From Pseudoxanthomonas sp. (GTDB lineage: Bacteria > Pseudomonadota > Gammaproteobacteria > Xanthomonadales > Xanthomonadaceae), in NCBI GenBank assembly GCA_047607085.1, contig JASGDT010000045.1, forward strand, positions 34,142 to 98,141: 64,000 nucleotides of DNA, read 5' to 3'. Shown here piece after piece: positions 40,090 to 49,919 of the stretch. The notes under the pieces were generated by a model that was not told where the DNA came from, did not search any database, and worked only from the letters and a program-made list of their open reading frames with translations. Every line of letters starts with the position of its first letter. Positions within the stretch are counted from its first letter, which is position 1. The translations under genes were made by a program, and so were the position numbers.

Positions 40090-41457
40090 CTATGCAGGCA
40101 GGGCCAGGTCGTCGAGCATCGCGCGCAGGAAACGCGCCGCTTCGCCGCCGGTGCAGGCGCGGTGGTCGAAGGTCAGCGACAGCGGGATGACCTTGTGCGA
40201 TTCGAAGCCGCCGACCACCGGGACCATCTGGTCGCGGGCGCGGCCGGCGGCGACGATGGCCACGCATGGCGGCACCACCACTGGCGTGGCGTAGCGGCCG
40301 GCAAACATGCCGAAATTCGACAGCGAGATGGTGTAGCCGGTCAGTTCCGACGCGGCGATGCTGCGGTCCCCGACCTGCGCGCGCAGGCGGTTGACGCCAT
40401 CGCGGATGCCGTGCGCGTCCAGCAGGTCGGCATTGCGCAGCGCCGGCACGAACAAGCCATCGTCGGTATCCACGGCGATGCCGACATCGACGTGCGGGTG
40501 CAGGGTGCGAACCAGTTTGTCGCCATCGAACCAGGCATTGAGGGCGGGCGCCGCCTTGCACGCGGCCACGATCGCGCGCAGCAGGCGCACGGTGACGTCG
40601 TTGCCGGGTTGCCATGCATGGATGTCGGCGTCGTCGCACAGCGAGGTCGGCACGACCTTGCCGTGCGCATCGGCCATCACCCGCGCCATGTTGCGGCGCA
40701 CGCCCTTGAGCGGTTCCGGCTGGCCGCTGGCGGAAACCGATGGCGGCTGGGTGCGCATGGGTTTGCCGGAGGCGGAGAGGTGGGTGCGCTGGTTTTCCCT
40801 TTTCCCCTCGGGTGAAGGCGTGCGAAGCACGGATGAAGATGCAGTTGCCGGTGTCGATGAAGCGGGGAGAGAAGCGGCAGGATTCGCGGCAGCCTGCTTC
40901 ACATCGGCCATCGTGATTGCGCCGTCAGCGCCGGTCGCGCGCACGCGTGAAAGTTCGATGCCGAGTTTCTTCGCCATCGCGCGCACCGCCGGCATTGCCT
41001 TGATGCCGCCAACGGCGACGGCTTGTTCGGCATGTACGGTGTCGGAGGTCCGCATGGCGCCGACGACGGTGCCTTCGTCGGCGCGTTCGGCAGCAGATGC
41101 CATTGCTGCGGGCGCAGCGGCGACCGCGCCTGCATCCCTGGATTCTCTCGAAGGGGGCGAAGCGTGGTGGTGATGGCCGGTATCCTGGCCTTCGGCGCGT
41201 TGCGGCAGGCTGGGGTCCGGTTCGAACACCGCCAGCGGCGTGCCGGTGACGATGACGTCGCCGGCGTCGCCGGCCAGCTTCAGCACCTTGCCGGACACGG
41301 GCGAGGGCACTTCGACCACGGCCTTCGCCGTCTCCATCGATACCAGCGGTTCGTCAAGACGGATGACGTCGCCCTCCTTGACGAACCATTCGACGATGGT
41401 GGCGTCGGGCAGGCCTTCGCCCAGGTCAGGGAGGTGAAAGGTTCTGGTGTCGGTCAT
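40090..41457 (-). CDS. 2-oxoacid dehydrogenase E2 (dihydrolipoamide acyltransferase, branched-chain type)
   Basis: Lipoyl domain LPDLGEGL/METAKAVVE, AMPAVRAMAK E3-binding domain, SLTFDHR..TG. Confidence 0.95.
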   Translation of the reverse strand: MTDTRTFHLPDLGEGLPDATIVEWFVKEGDVIRLDEPLVSMETAKAVVEVPSPVSGKVLKLAGDAGDVIVTGTPLAVFEPDPSLPQRAEGQDTGHHHHASPPSRESRDAGAVAAAPAAMASAAERADEGTVVGAMRTSDTVHAEQAVAVGGIKAMPAVRAMAKKLGIELSRVRATGADGAITMADVKQAAANPAASLPASSTPATASSSVLRTPSPEGKRENQRTHLSASGKPMRTQPPSVSASGQPEPLKGVRRNMARVMADAHGKVVPTSLCDDADIHAWQPGNDVTVRLLRAIVAACKAAPALNAWFDGDKLVRTLHPHVDVGIAVDTDDGLFVPALRNADLLDAHGIRDGVNRLRAQVGDRSIAASELTGYTISLSNFGMFAGRYATPVVVPPCVAIVAAGRARDQMVPVVGGFESHKVIPLSLTFDHRACTGGEAARFLRAMLDDLALPA

Positions 41458-41466
41458 GTGTATTCC

Positions 41467-41564
41467 GTGGGGCGGATCCTGGCCCGCCGATTCTTGTCGG
41501 TGTCTTTCGCCGGGAGACTTCTGGCCCGCGGATGTTTGCGAAGGCGGGTCGGGCCCCGCCCTAC
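41467..41564. repeat. REPIN, GTAGGGCGGG family
   Basis: GTGGGGCGGATCCTGGCCCGCC and inverted GGCGGGTCGGGCCCCGCCCTAC; the latter contains the E1b stop codon. Confidence 0.7.
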
Positions 41565-42589
41565 GCCGCCACCGCCCGCTTCGCCGCCGCGACGATGCGC
41601 TCCACGCTGGGCAGGAACTTCATCTCCAACCGGAACAGCGGCATGTGCGTGTCGTAGCCGGTGACGCGCTCGACCGGGGCCAGCAGGTCGTACATCGAAT
41701 GCTCGGCCAGGCGCGCGGCGATTTCCGCGCCGAAGCCCGCCGTGCGCGGCGCTTCCTGCACGATCACGCAGCGGCCGGTGCGGCCGACCGATTCGGCGAT
41801 GGTGTCGAAATCCAGCGGACGCAGCGTGGCCACGTCTATGACCTCTGCGCTGATGCCGTCCTGCGCCAGCGCATCGGCCGCTTCCAGCGCCTCCTTGATC
41901 TGCGCGCCCCACGCCACCAGGGTCACGTCGCGACCGTCGCGCAGCACGTAGCACACGTCCAGCGGCAAGGCTTCGCCGTCGTCGGGCACCTGTTCCTTGT
42001 ACTGGCGATAGATGCGCTTGGGTTCGTAGAAGACCACCGGGTCCGGGTCGCGGATCGCCGCCAGCAGCAGGCCGTAGGCGCGCTGGGGCGACGAGGGCAT
42101 CACCACGCGCAGGCCGGGGGTGTTGGTGAACAGGGTTTCGTTGGCTTCGGAATGGTGTTCCGGGGCGCGGATGCCGCCGCCCCAGGGCACCCGCAGCACC
42201 AGCGGGCAATGCAGGCGGCCACGGGTGCGGTGGCGCAGGCGCGCGGCGTGGCTGACGATGTGGTCAACCATCGGATAGACGAAGCCGTCGAACTGAGCTT
42301 CGGCCACCGGCTTCATGCCGTGTGCGGCCATGCCGACGGCGATGCCGGCGATGGTGGTTTCGTCCAGCGGCGTGTCCAGTACGCGCGCCTCGCCGAAGCG
42401 CTGTTGCAGGCCGGCGGTGGCGCGGAACACGCCGCCGTTGACGCCCACGTCCTCGCCCAGCACGATCACCGAATCATCGTGCGCGATTTCCCATGCCAGG
42501 GCCTGGGCGATCGCCTCGATCAGGGTGATCGGCGGTGCGGTCTCGGCGGCGGTGAGCGTGTGCATGGGCTTGGCCGTTTCCCGATTCAT
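41561..42589 (-). CDS. 2-oxoacid dehydrogenase E1 beta subunit
   Basis: GEDVG..GGVFRAT, DTPLDE, EAQFDGF, PEHHSE, DVATLRPLD; ATG overlaps E1a stop. Confidence 0.96.
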   Translation of the reverse strand: MNRETAKPMHTLTAAETAPPITLIEAIAQALAWEIAHDDSVIVLGEDVGVNGGVFRATAGLQQRFGEARVLDTPLDETTIAGIAVGMAAHGMKPVAEAQFDGFVYPMVDHIVSHAARLRHRTRGRLHCPLVLRVPWGGGIRAPEHHSEANETLFTNTPGLRVVMPSSPQRAYGLLLAAIRDPDPVVFYEPKRIYRQYKEQVPDDGEALPLDVCYVLRDGRDVTLVAWGAQIKEALEAADALAQDGISAEVIDVATLRPLDFDTIAESVGRTGRCVIVQEAPRTAGFGAEIAARLAEHSMYDLLAPVERVTGYDTHMPLFRLEMKFLPSVERIVAAAKRAVAA

Positions 42590-43668
42590 GCGCGCGCCTC
42601 CAGCGCCAGCGCCGCCGCGCGCTGCGCCAGAACGTCCGGCGGCGGGTCGGCGTACAGGTAGTCGAACATCGCTTCGACCGGCTGTACCGGGGTGTTGAGA
42701 TAGGCCTCTATTTCCGCATCGACCAACGCGGTGCATTCGGCCTTCCACGTCGTTTCCTCTTCCTCGCTCCACTGGCCCTGCGCGGTCAGCCAGGCGCGCA
42801 GGCGCAGCAGCGGTTCGCGCCGCCAGGCGTCCTTGACCTCGGCCTCGTCGCGGTAGCGGCGGGCGTCGTCGGCGGTGGTGTGGTCGGACAGGCGATAGGT
42901 GAGGAATTCGATCACGCTGCCGCCTTCGCCGTTGCGCGCGCGTTCGCCGGCGATGCGCATCGCCTCCAGCACCGCCAGCAGGTCGTTGCCATCGACCTGC
43001 AGGCAATGCAGGCCGCCGGCGATGCCCTTCTGCGCCAGCGTCTGCGCGCCGGTCTGCGCCTGCCGCGGCACGCTGATCGCCCAGCCGTTGTTGATCACGC
43101 ACAGCACCAGCGGCAGTTTCCACGCGCCGGCGGCGTTGAGTGCGGCATAGAAATCGGTCTTGGAACTGCCGCCGTCGCCGCAGGCGGCCACCGCGATGCG
43201 CGGCTCGCCGCGCAGCTTGAACGCCAGCGCCGCGCCGGCCGCGTGCAGGCATTGGGTGGAGATCGGCACGCACCAGGCGAAATCGTGGCGGGCCGGCTCG
43301 TTGGCGTAGTCGTTGCCGCGCTCGTCGCCGCCCCAGTACAGCAGGATCTCGCGCGGGCGCACGCCGCGCACCAGTTGCGTGCCGTATTCGCGGTAGCTGG
43401 GCGCGAACACATCCTCCGGGCGCATCGACGCACCGATGCCGACGTGGGTCGCCTCGTGGCCCAGGCACGGCGCGTAGGTGCCCAGCTTGCCGGTACGCTG
43501 CAGGGCAATCGCCTTGCCGTCGAACACGCGCACGAACAGCATCTGCTTGAACAGATCGCGGATGCGCGGCAGGTCGCGCGCCGCTTCCGGCAGGTCGTCG
43601 CGCAGCGGGCGGCCGTCCGCGTCCAGGTATTGCAGGTGGTCAATCTGGAATTGCGCAGCCACGGCCAT
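42586..43668 (-). CDS. 2-oxoacid dehydrogenase E1 alpha subunit
   Basis: [26 protein letters not shown] motif, [11 protein letters not shown]. Confidence 0.96.
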   Translation of the reverse strand: MAVAAQFQIDHLQYLDADGRPLRDDLPEAARDLPRIRDLFKQMLFVRVFDGKAIALQRTGKLGTYAPCLGHEATHVGIGASMRPEDVFAPSYREYGTQLVRGVRPREILLYWGGDERGNDYANEPARHDFAWCVPISTQCLHAAGAALAFKLRGEPRIAVAACGDGGSSKTDFYAALNAAGAWKLPLVLCVINNGWAISVPRQAQTGAQTLAQKGIAGGLHCLQVDGNDLLAVLEAMRIAGERARNGEGGSVIEFLTYRLSDHTTADDARRYRDEAEVKDAWRREPLLRLRAWLTAQGQWSEEEETTWKAECTALVDAEIEAYLNTPVQPVEAMFDYLYADPPPDVLAQRAAALALEARA

Positions 43669-43946
43669 GCGGATCGGATTCCCGGAATTGGTTTCAATTG
43701 ATACGGATGGCGATGGTATGCAATCCGCGACGAAAACCCGTCGTGCAACGCAACAACACCGCGAGGCAGGGAGCGGCTCCGCATCCTTGCGAGGCAGTGC
43801 AACGGGTTGGCTGGGTGGCTGGCGCGCAGGGTAACGGTTGTCGTGCGTGCATTGCGTTAACGAAAGCCAAGTGCGCGGGCCCGTCAGGCGCTATCGGTTA
43901 CTCTTTGCGACCCGCGCGCCGCGCCGCGCGCGCCGACCCGAACCGA

Positions 43947-44810
43947 ATGTCCGTCGAAAAGAATCAACGCGAACTGGAAGCCGGCATCCACACCGACCTG
44001 GGCGGGCGGCTCACCTATGGCGGCTACCTGCACCTGGAAAAGGTGCTGGACGCGCAGGCGCCGTTGTCCAATCCGCCCAACCACGACGAGATGCTGTTCA
44101 TCATCCAGCACCAGGTCAGCGAGTTGTGGCTGAAGCTGCTGATCCATGAATTGCGCGCGGCGATCGTGCACCTGCAACGCAGCGAGGTGTGGCAGACGCA
44201 GAAAGTGCTGGCGCGCACCAAGGAAGTGCTGCGCCAGTTGACCGAGCAATGGAGCGTGCTGGAAACGCTGACGCCCAGCGAATACATGCAGTTCCGCGAC
44301 GTGCTGGGTCCGGCTTCGGGCTTCCAGTCGCTGCAATACCGCACGGTGGAATTTTTGCTGGGCAACAAGAACGCGGCGATGCTCAAGGTATTCCGCCACG
44401 ACGCCCCCGGCGCCGCCGCGCTGGAAGGCGTGTTGAACGCGCCCAGCCTGTACGACGAATTCCTGCGCTACCTGGCGCGCTGGGACCACGCGGTTCCGCA
44501 ACGACATTTGCAGCGCGACTGGTCGCAACCGCACGTCTCCGATCCGGCCCTGCGCCCGGTGTTCGAGCGCATCTACGAGGACACCCACCGCTACTGGCGC
44601 GAATACGCGCTGTGCGAGGACTTCGTCGATCTGGAAACCAAATTCCAGTTGTGGCGCTTCCGCCACATGCGCACCGTGCAGCGAATCATCGGCTTCAAGC
44701 GCGGCACCGGCGGCTCCAGCGGCGTGGGCTTCCTGAAACAGGCGCTGGAACTGACCTTCTTCCCGGAATTGTTCGAAGTGCGCACCAGCATCGGCGCGCA
44801 GCCGGGCTGA
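43947..44810 (+). CDS. kynA: Tryptophan 2,3-dioxygenase
   Basis: [45 protein letters not shown]. Confidence 0.97.
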   Translation: MSVEKNQRELEAGIHTDLGGRLTYGGYLHLEKVLDAQAPLSNPPNHDEMLFIIQHQVSELWLKLLIHELRAAIVHLQRSEVWQTQKVLARTKEVLRQLTEQWSVLETLTPSEYMQFRDVLGPASGFQSLQYRTVEFLLGNKNAAMLKVFRHDAPGAAALEGVLNAPSLYDEFLRYLARWDHAVPQRHLQRDWSQPHVSDPALRPVFERIYEDTHRYWREYALCEDFVDLETKFQLWRFRHMRTVQRIIGFKRGTGGSSGVGFLKQALELTFFPELFEVRTSIGAQPG

Positions 44811-44845
44811 CACTTTGCGGCAGCGCCCTTTATGGGACCGTGCCC

Positions 44846-44973
44846 GTGGAAGCGGCTTGTAGCCGCGACAAAGATCGCCGCGGTCCTTCTCGCGGCTGCA
44901 AGCCTCACAGGGTGTCGGCCACGCAGGGCCGACCTGCAGCTTCCCGGCGATAGGTCGGGGCTACGTCCCCGAC
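44846..44973. repeat. Composite REP cluster
   Basis: GTGGAAGCGGCTTGTAGCCGCGAC with inverted partial copy (44890-44908; same family as 1568) plus ATAGGTCGGGGCTACGTCCCCGAC (same family as 10863). Confidence 0.7.
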
Positions 44974-45119
44974 TGTGCAAGAGATAGTTGTTCTCGCAGT
45001 CGCGCCGCCACGATGCTTGCCAGTGAAAGCGATTTGACGCCGGTGCCGCCCTTCGGCGATTCTGCCGCGTCCCGCCGATGAGTGGGGACGCCTTCCGAAC
45101 CATCCATGGGGAACAACGC

Positions 45120-46655
45120 ATGAGCGGCAGCGCCGACACGCAGGCACCGGGGCAGATCCCGGAATTCAAGCAGGTCCTGGGCCATCCGCGTCCGCTGTGG
45201 ATGCTGTTCATGGCCGAATTCTGGGAGCGCTTCGCGTTCTACGGCATCCGCTGGGCGCTGGTGCTGTACGTGGTGGCGCAATTCCATGGCGGCGACGGCG
45301 CGGGGGAAAAGCCGGCCAACGAGTTGTATGGCGCGTACCTGGCGCTGGTCTATGCGGCGGCGATCTTCGGCGGCTGGATCGCCGACAAGCTGATCGGCTA
45401 CCAGCGTTCGATCCTGGTTGGCGCGGTCGTGATGGCCATCGGCCTGTTCATGCTGGCGTTGCCCAACGAATCGCTGTTCAAATTGGGGCTGGCGACGATC
45501 ATCGTCGGCAACGGCATGTTCAAGCCGATCATCTCCACCCTGGTCGGCAAGGTCTATGCGCAGGGCGACGAGCGCCGCGATTCGGGCTTCACCATCTTCT
45601 ACATGGGCATCAACCTGGGCGCGTTCGCCTCGCCGCTGATCACCCAGTACCTGGCCAAGAAGGTGTTCGGGCTGGAGTCCATGCCCGACTACAAGGTCGT
45701 GTTCATCGCCTCGGCCGTCGGCATGCTGCTGAGCTTCGTCTGGTTCTGGTTCGGCCGCGCGCAGTTGAAGGGCATCGGCGCGGCCACGCCGGAACAGTCC
45801 GGCTGGGGCCGCACGCTGGCGGTGCTGGTTGCTTCGCTGGCGGTCGGCGTGCCGGCGTACTACGCGCTGTTGACCATCGACGCGATGATCCTGCAATGGA
45901 TCCTGATGGCGCTGCTGGTGGCCCCGGCGATCCTGCTGTTGGTCGAAGGCATCCGCGAAGGCAGCGTGCAGCGCGACAAGGTCATCGCCCTGCTGGTGAT
46001 CCTGACCTTCAACGTGTTCTTCTGGTGCTTCTTCGAACAGGCCGGCAGTTCGTTCAACTTCCTCGCCGAGAAACTGATCCAGCGCGACATCGGCCTGCAT
46101 GGCCTGTTCAACGCGCTGGCCGGCGAAAGCAGTTTCCCGGTGTCGTGGTTCCAGAGCGTCAACTCGGTGGCGATCATCGTGCTGGCGACGCCGCTGGCCT
46201 GGCTGTGGGTGAAGATGGGCAAGGCCAACCCGTCGATCCCGCGCAAGTTCAGCTTCGGTCTGGTGCTCAACGGCCTGGCCTTCCTGATCCTGATGTATGC
46301 GCTGAAGAACCTGGTGAACCTGGATACCGGCAAGATCCCGTTCTGGACGCTGTTCTCGGTCTATTGGGTGCAGTCGCTGGGCGAGTTGTGCCTGTCGCCG
46401 GTGGGCTTGTCGATGACCACCAAGCTGGCCCCGCCCAAGCTGGCCGGCTTCGCGATGGGCGCGTGGTTTTTGTCAATCGCGGTAGGCAACAACCTGGCCG
46501 GGATCTTCGCCGGCCAGGCCAGCGGCGAAACCGGCATGACCACGACCAGCGCGCTGTCGGCCTATACGCAGGGCTTCATGATCCTGGTCGGCGCGGGCGT
46601 GGTGTTGTTCCTGATCGCGCCGCTGATCCAGAAACTGATGCACGGCGTGAAGTGA
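45120..46655 (+). CDS. POT/PTR family proton-dependent oligopeptide transporter
   Basis: EFWERFAFYG (ExxERFxYY-like), GNGMFKP, FTIFYMGINLG. Confidence 0.95.
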   Translation: MSGSADTQAPGQIPEFKQVLGHPRPLWMLFMAEFWERFAFYGIRWALVLYVVAQFHGGDGAGEKPANELYGAYLALVYAAAIFGGWIADKLIGYQRSILVGAVVMAIGLFMLALPNESLFKLGLATIIVGNGMFKPIISTLVGKVYAQGDERRDSGFTIFYMGINLGAFASPLITQYLAKKVFGLESMPDYKVVFIASAVGMLLSFVWFWFGRAQLKGIGAATPEQSGWGRTLAVLVASLAVGVPAYYALLTIDAMILQWILMALLVAPAILLLVEGIREGSVQRDKVIALLVILTFNVFFWCFFEQAGSSFNFLAEKLIQRDIGLHGLFNALAGESSFPVSWFQSVNSVAIIVLATPLAWLWVKMGKANPSIPRKFSFGLVLNGLAFLILMYALKNLVNLDTGKIPFWTLFSVYWVQSLGELCLSPVGLSMTTKLAPPKLAGFAMGAWFLSIAVGNNLAGIFAGQASGETGMTTTSALSAYTQGFMILVGAGVVLFLIAPLIQKLMHGVK

Positions 46656-46678
46656 CGGAACACGTTGTCGTCAAGCGA

Positions 46679-46706
46679 GAACCCCGCCTCGGCGGGGTTC
46701 TTCATT
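46679..46706 (+). terminator. Intrinsic terminator
   Basis: GAACCCCGCC-TC-GGCGGGGTTC followed by TTCATT. Confidence 0.7.
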
Positions 46707-46731
46707 CTGGAAACGCCGAACAACAACTTTT

Positions 46732-46826
46732 GTCCGCAAAGTAACGCCAAGTAACGCAAAGGAAAATCGCTGAAATGCAACGGGTTTTCTTTGCGTCTTT
46801 TGCGGACCGGTTTGCTTTTCTTTGCG
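46732..46826. repeat. Inverted doublet built from CGC(A/C)AAG units
   Basis: GTCCGCAAAGTAACGCCAAGTAACGCAAAGGAAAA and inverted TTTTCTTTGCGTCTTTTGCGGAC...; another arm at 56507-56539. Confidence 0.65.
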
Positions 46827-46827
46827 A

Positions 46828-47301
46828 TCAGCCTTCGATCTTCCTCACGCCCTCGCCGGCCAGCTTGTCGATCAGCCGGTCCAGGGTGGCGCGCTCCTCG
46901 TCGCTGAAGGATTCGAACAGCCGGCGGTGGTAGTCCATCACCATCGGCGCGACTTCGTCATGCACGCGGCAGCCTTCGTCGGACAGCGCCAGCACGCTGC
47001 GGCGGCGGTCGTCGTCGTGGATTTCGCGCTGGATCAGGCCGCGCTCCAGCAGGCGCGCCACCGCGCGGCTGACCGCGACCTTGTCCATCGCCGTGCGCGC
47101 CGACACCTCGCCGGCCGACAGGCCGGGGAAGCGCCCCACCACCGCCATCACCCGCCATTCGGTGATCGCCAGGCCGAAACGGCGGTGGTATTCGCGCGAA
47201 ATCGCGCTGCTGATGCGGTTGGACAGCACGCTGAGCCGGTACGAAAACAGGCGGTCCAGGTCGAAATCGACGCGTGCGACGGGGTTGGCTGGCTGATTCA
47301 T
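46828..47301 (-). CDS. MarR family regulator divergent from hppD-hmgA
   Basis: LAITEWRVM, DKVAVSRAV.RL, DRRRSVL.LS.EG winged-helix. Confidence 0.93.
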   Translation of the reverse strand: MNQPANPVARVDFDLDRLFSYRLSVLSNRISSAISREYHRRFGLAITEWRVMAVVGRFPGLSAGEVSARTAMDKVAVSRAVARLLERGLIQREIHDDDRRRSVLALSDEGCRVHDEVAPMVMDYHRRLFESFSDEERATLDRLIDKLAGEGVRKIEG

Positions 47302-47321
47302 GGCGCGCTGCTGCTTGTTTG

Positions 47322-47339
47322 TGGTTTCCAATGAAACTA
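47322..47339. promoter_or_regulatory. Candidate MarR operator palindrome
   Basis: TGGTTTC-CAAT-GAAACTA in the marR/hppD divergent spacer. Confidence 0.6.
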
Positions 47340-47414
47340 TAAAGGGCGAAAGGATTGAACCCCATTCCGCAGCCTGCCGACCGGCGGGTCGCCCGTCATT
47401 GTAGGAGAACCGCC

Positions 47415-48515
47415 ATGAGTGCATATCCCCCGCACGGCACGCCTGCTGCCGTCACCTTCGACAACCCGATGGGCATCGACGGCTTCGAGTTCGTCGAATA
47501 CGCCGCGCCGGCCGGTCAGGGCGCCATGTTGCACGATTATTTCCGCAAGCTGGGTTTCGTGCAGGTGGCGCGGCACAAGACCCGCGCCATCACCACCTGG
47601 CGGCAGGGCGATTGCACCTTCCTGGTCAACGAGGACCCGGACAGCTTCGCCGCGCGTTTCGCCGCGCAGCACGGCCCCAGCGCCTGCGGCTTCGCGATCC
47701 GCGTCAACAAGCTGGCCGAATGGGCGCGCGTGCAGGCGCTGAAGAACGGTGCGGAATCGTTCGACGCCAACGACGAACTGAGCAAGGCGGTGGCCGCGCC
47801 GGTCATCAAGGGCATCGGCGGCTGCATGCTGTACATCGTGGACCGCTACGACGACAAGGGCACCATCCACGACCCGGACTACGAATGCCTGCCGGGCGTC
47901 GAACTGATGCCCAGGGGCTTCGGCCTGACCTTCATCGACCACCTGACCCACAACCTGTACCACGGCAACATGGCCAAGTGGGCCGATTACTACGAGCGCC
48001 TGTTCAACTTCCGCGAGATCCGCTATTTCGACATCAAGGGCGCGAAGACCGGCCTGCTGAGCAAGGCGATGACCGCGCCGGACGGCATGGTGCGCATCCC
48101 GTTGAACGAATCGTCCGACCCGAAATCGCAGATCAACGAATATCTGGATGCCTACCACGGTGAAGGCATCCAGCACATTGCCTGCTTCACCGACGACATC
48201 TACGGGACGGTGGAGCAGATGCGCGCGGCCGGCGTGGAATTCCTCGATACGCCGGAGACGTATTTCGAAGTGATCGACCAGCGCATTCCCGACCATGGCG
48301 AGGACGTGGCGCGGCTGGCGAAGAACCAGATCCTGATCGACGCCGACCCGGAAACCGGCAAGCGCAAGCTGTTGCAGATATTCACCCAGAACGCGATCGG
48401 CCCGATCTTCTTCGAGATCATCCAGCGCAAGGGCAACCAGGGCTTCGGCGAGGGCAATTTCCAGGCGCTGTTCGAAAGCATCGAACGCGACCAGATGAAG
48501 CGCGGGGTGCTGTAG
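47415..48515 (+). CDS. hppD: 4-hydroxyphenylpyruvate dioxygenase
   Basis: NPMGIDGFEFVE, IDHLTHN, EGIQHIA, FFEIIQRKG..GFGEGNFQALFESIE. Confidence 0.97.
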   Translation: MSAYPPHGTPAAVTFDNPMGIDGFEFVEYAAPAGQGAMLHDYFRKLGFVQVARHKTRAITTWRQGDCTFLVNEDPDSFAARFAAQHGPSACGFAIRVNKLAEWARVQALKNGAESFDANDELSKAVAAPVIKGIGGCMLYIVDRYDDKGTIHDPDYECLPGVELMPRGFGLTFIDHLTHNLYHGNMAKWADYYERLFNFREIRYFDIKGAKTGLLSKAMTAPDGMVRIPLNESSDPKSQINEYLDAYHGEGIQHIACFTDDIYGTVEQMRAAGVEFLDTPETYFEVIDQRIPDHGEDVARLAKNQILIDADPETGKRKLLQIFTQNAIGPIFFEIIQRKGNQGFGEGNFQALFESIERDQMKRGVL

Positions 48516-48573
48516 GGTGGGTCTTGACCCGCCGCTCTCGTTGCCATAATTGGCGGGTCAGGACCCGCCCTAC
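48512..48573. repeat. REPIN, GTAGGGYGGG family
   Basis: GTAGGGTGGGTCTTGACCCGCC and inverted GGCGGGTCAGGACCCGCCCTAC; GTAG supplies hppD TAG stop. Confidence 0.88.
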
Positions 48574-48582
48574 GGATCACCG

Positions 48583-49872
48583 ATGGAATCGAACGACTAC
48601 ATGACCGGCTTCGGCAACGAGTTCGCCACCGAGGCCATTGCCGGTACGTTGCCGGTCGGGCGCAATTCGCCGCAGCAGGTGGCGCATGGCTTGTATGCCG
48701 AGCAGCTTTCCGGCACCGCGTTCACCGCGCCGCGCGGGCACAACCGGCGCAGTTGGTTGTATCGCATCCGGCCGGCGGCGGTGCACGGGCCGTTCGCGGC
48801 GTTTGCGCAGGAAAATTTCCGCAACGATTTCGGCAGTGGCCCGGTATCGCCGGAGCAGTTGCGCTGGAATCCGCTGCCGATCCCGGAAACGCCGGTCGAT
48901 TTTGTCGAAGGCATCTGCACCATTGCGGGCAACGGCGGCGCGGATGTGCAGACCGGCGTCGGCATCCACTTGTACGCAGCGAACAAGTCGATGCAAGGCC
49001 GCTTCTTCTACAACGCCGATGCGGAACTGTTGTTGCTGCCGCAGCAGGGCCGCTTGCGCATCGCCACCGAACTGGGCGTGCTGGAAGTGGAGCCGCAACA
49101 GATCGCGGTGATCCCGCGCGGGGTGCGTTTCCGTGTTGAACTGCCCGACGGTCCCTCGCGTGGCTACGTCTGCGAGAACTTCGGCGCGCTGCTGCGCCTG
49201 CCGGATCTCGGCCCGATCGGCGCGAACGGCCTGGCCAATCCGCGCGATTTCGAGACGCCGGCGGCGGCATTCGAAGACGTTGAAGGGGACTTCGAACTGA
49301 TCGCCAAGTTCCAGGGCCATCTGTGGCGCGCCGGCATCGACCACTCGCCGCTGGACGTGGTCGCCTGGCACGGCAACTACGCGCCGTACCGCTACGACCT
49401 GCGCCGCTTCAACGCCATCGGTTCGATCAGTTTCGATCATCCCGATCCGTCGATCTTCACCGTATTGACTTCGCCCAGCGACACCCCCGGCACCGCGAAT
49501 CTTGACCTGGCGATCTTCCCGCCACGCTGGCTGGTGGCGCAGGACACGTTCCGGCCGCCGTGGTTCCACCGCAACGTCGCCAGCGAATTCATGGGGCTGC
49601 TGCACGGCGTCTATGACGCCAAGGCGGAAGGCTTCGCGCCGGGCGGTTGCTCGCTGCACAACTGCATGAGCGGGCACGGGCCGGATGCGGCCACGTTCGA
49701 GAAGGCCAGCCACGCCGATCTGTCGAAGCCGGACGTGATCGCCGACACCATGGCCTTCATGTTCGAAACCCGCGCGGCGATCCGCCCGACGCGGCAGGCG
49801 CTGGATGCGCCGCATCGCCAGCGCGATTACCTGCAATGCTGGGCAGGGCTGCAAAAGCACTTCAAGCCATGA
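48583..49872 (+). CDS. hmgA: Homogentisate 1,2-dioxygenase
   Basis: [55 protein letters not shown]. Confidence 0.97.
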   Translation: MESNDYMTGFGNEFATEAIAGTLPVGRNSPQQVAHGLYAEQLSGTAFTAPRGHNRRSWLYRIRPAAVHGPFAAFAQENFRNDFGSGPVSPEQLRWNPLPIPETPVDFVEGICTIAGNGGADVQTGVGIHLYAANKSMQGRFFYNADAELLLLPQQGRLRIATELGVLEVEPQQIAVIPRGVRFRVELPDGPSRGYVCENFGALLRLPDLGPIGANGLANPRDFETPAAAFEDVEGDFELIAKFQGHLWRAGIDHSPLDVVAWHGNYAPYRYDLRRFNAIGSISFDHPDPSIFTVLTSPSDTPGTANLDLAIFPPRWLVAQDTFRPPWFHRNVASEFMGLLHGVYDAKAEGFAPGGCSLHNCMSGHGPDAATFEKASHADLSKPDVIADTMAFMFETRAAIRPTRQALDAPHRQRDYLQCWAGLQKHFKP

Positions 49873-49919
49873 CAATGCAAACCCGCTAGAATCGCGCCGA
49901 ATCCTGCAAGGAGACGGTC

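Noticed and set aside
43761-43797. GCGAGGCAG direct repeat in the E1a/kynA divergent spacer
   Set aside because: Only 9 bp in GC-rich DNA with 28-bp spacing; not distinguishable from chance, and no riboswitch or leader peptide found
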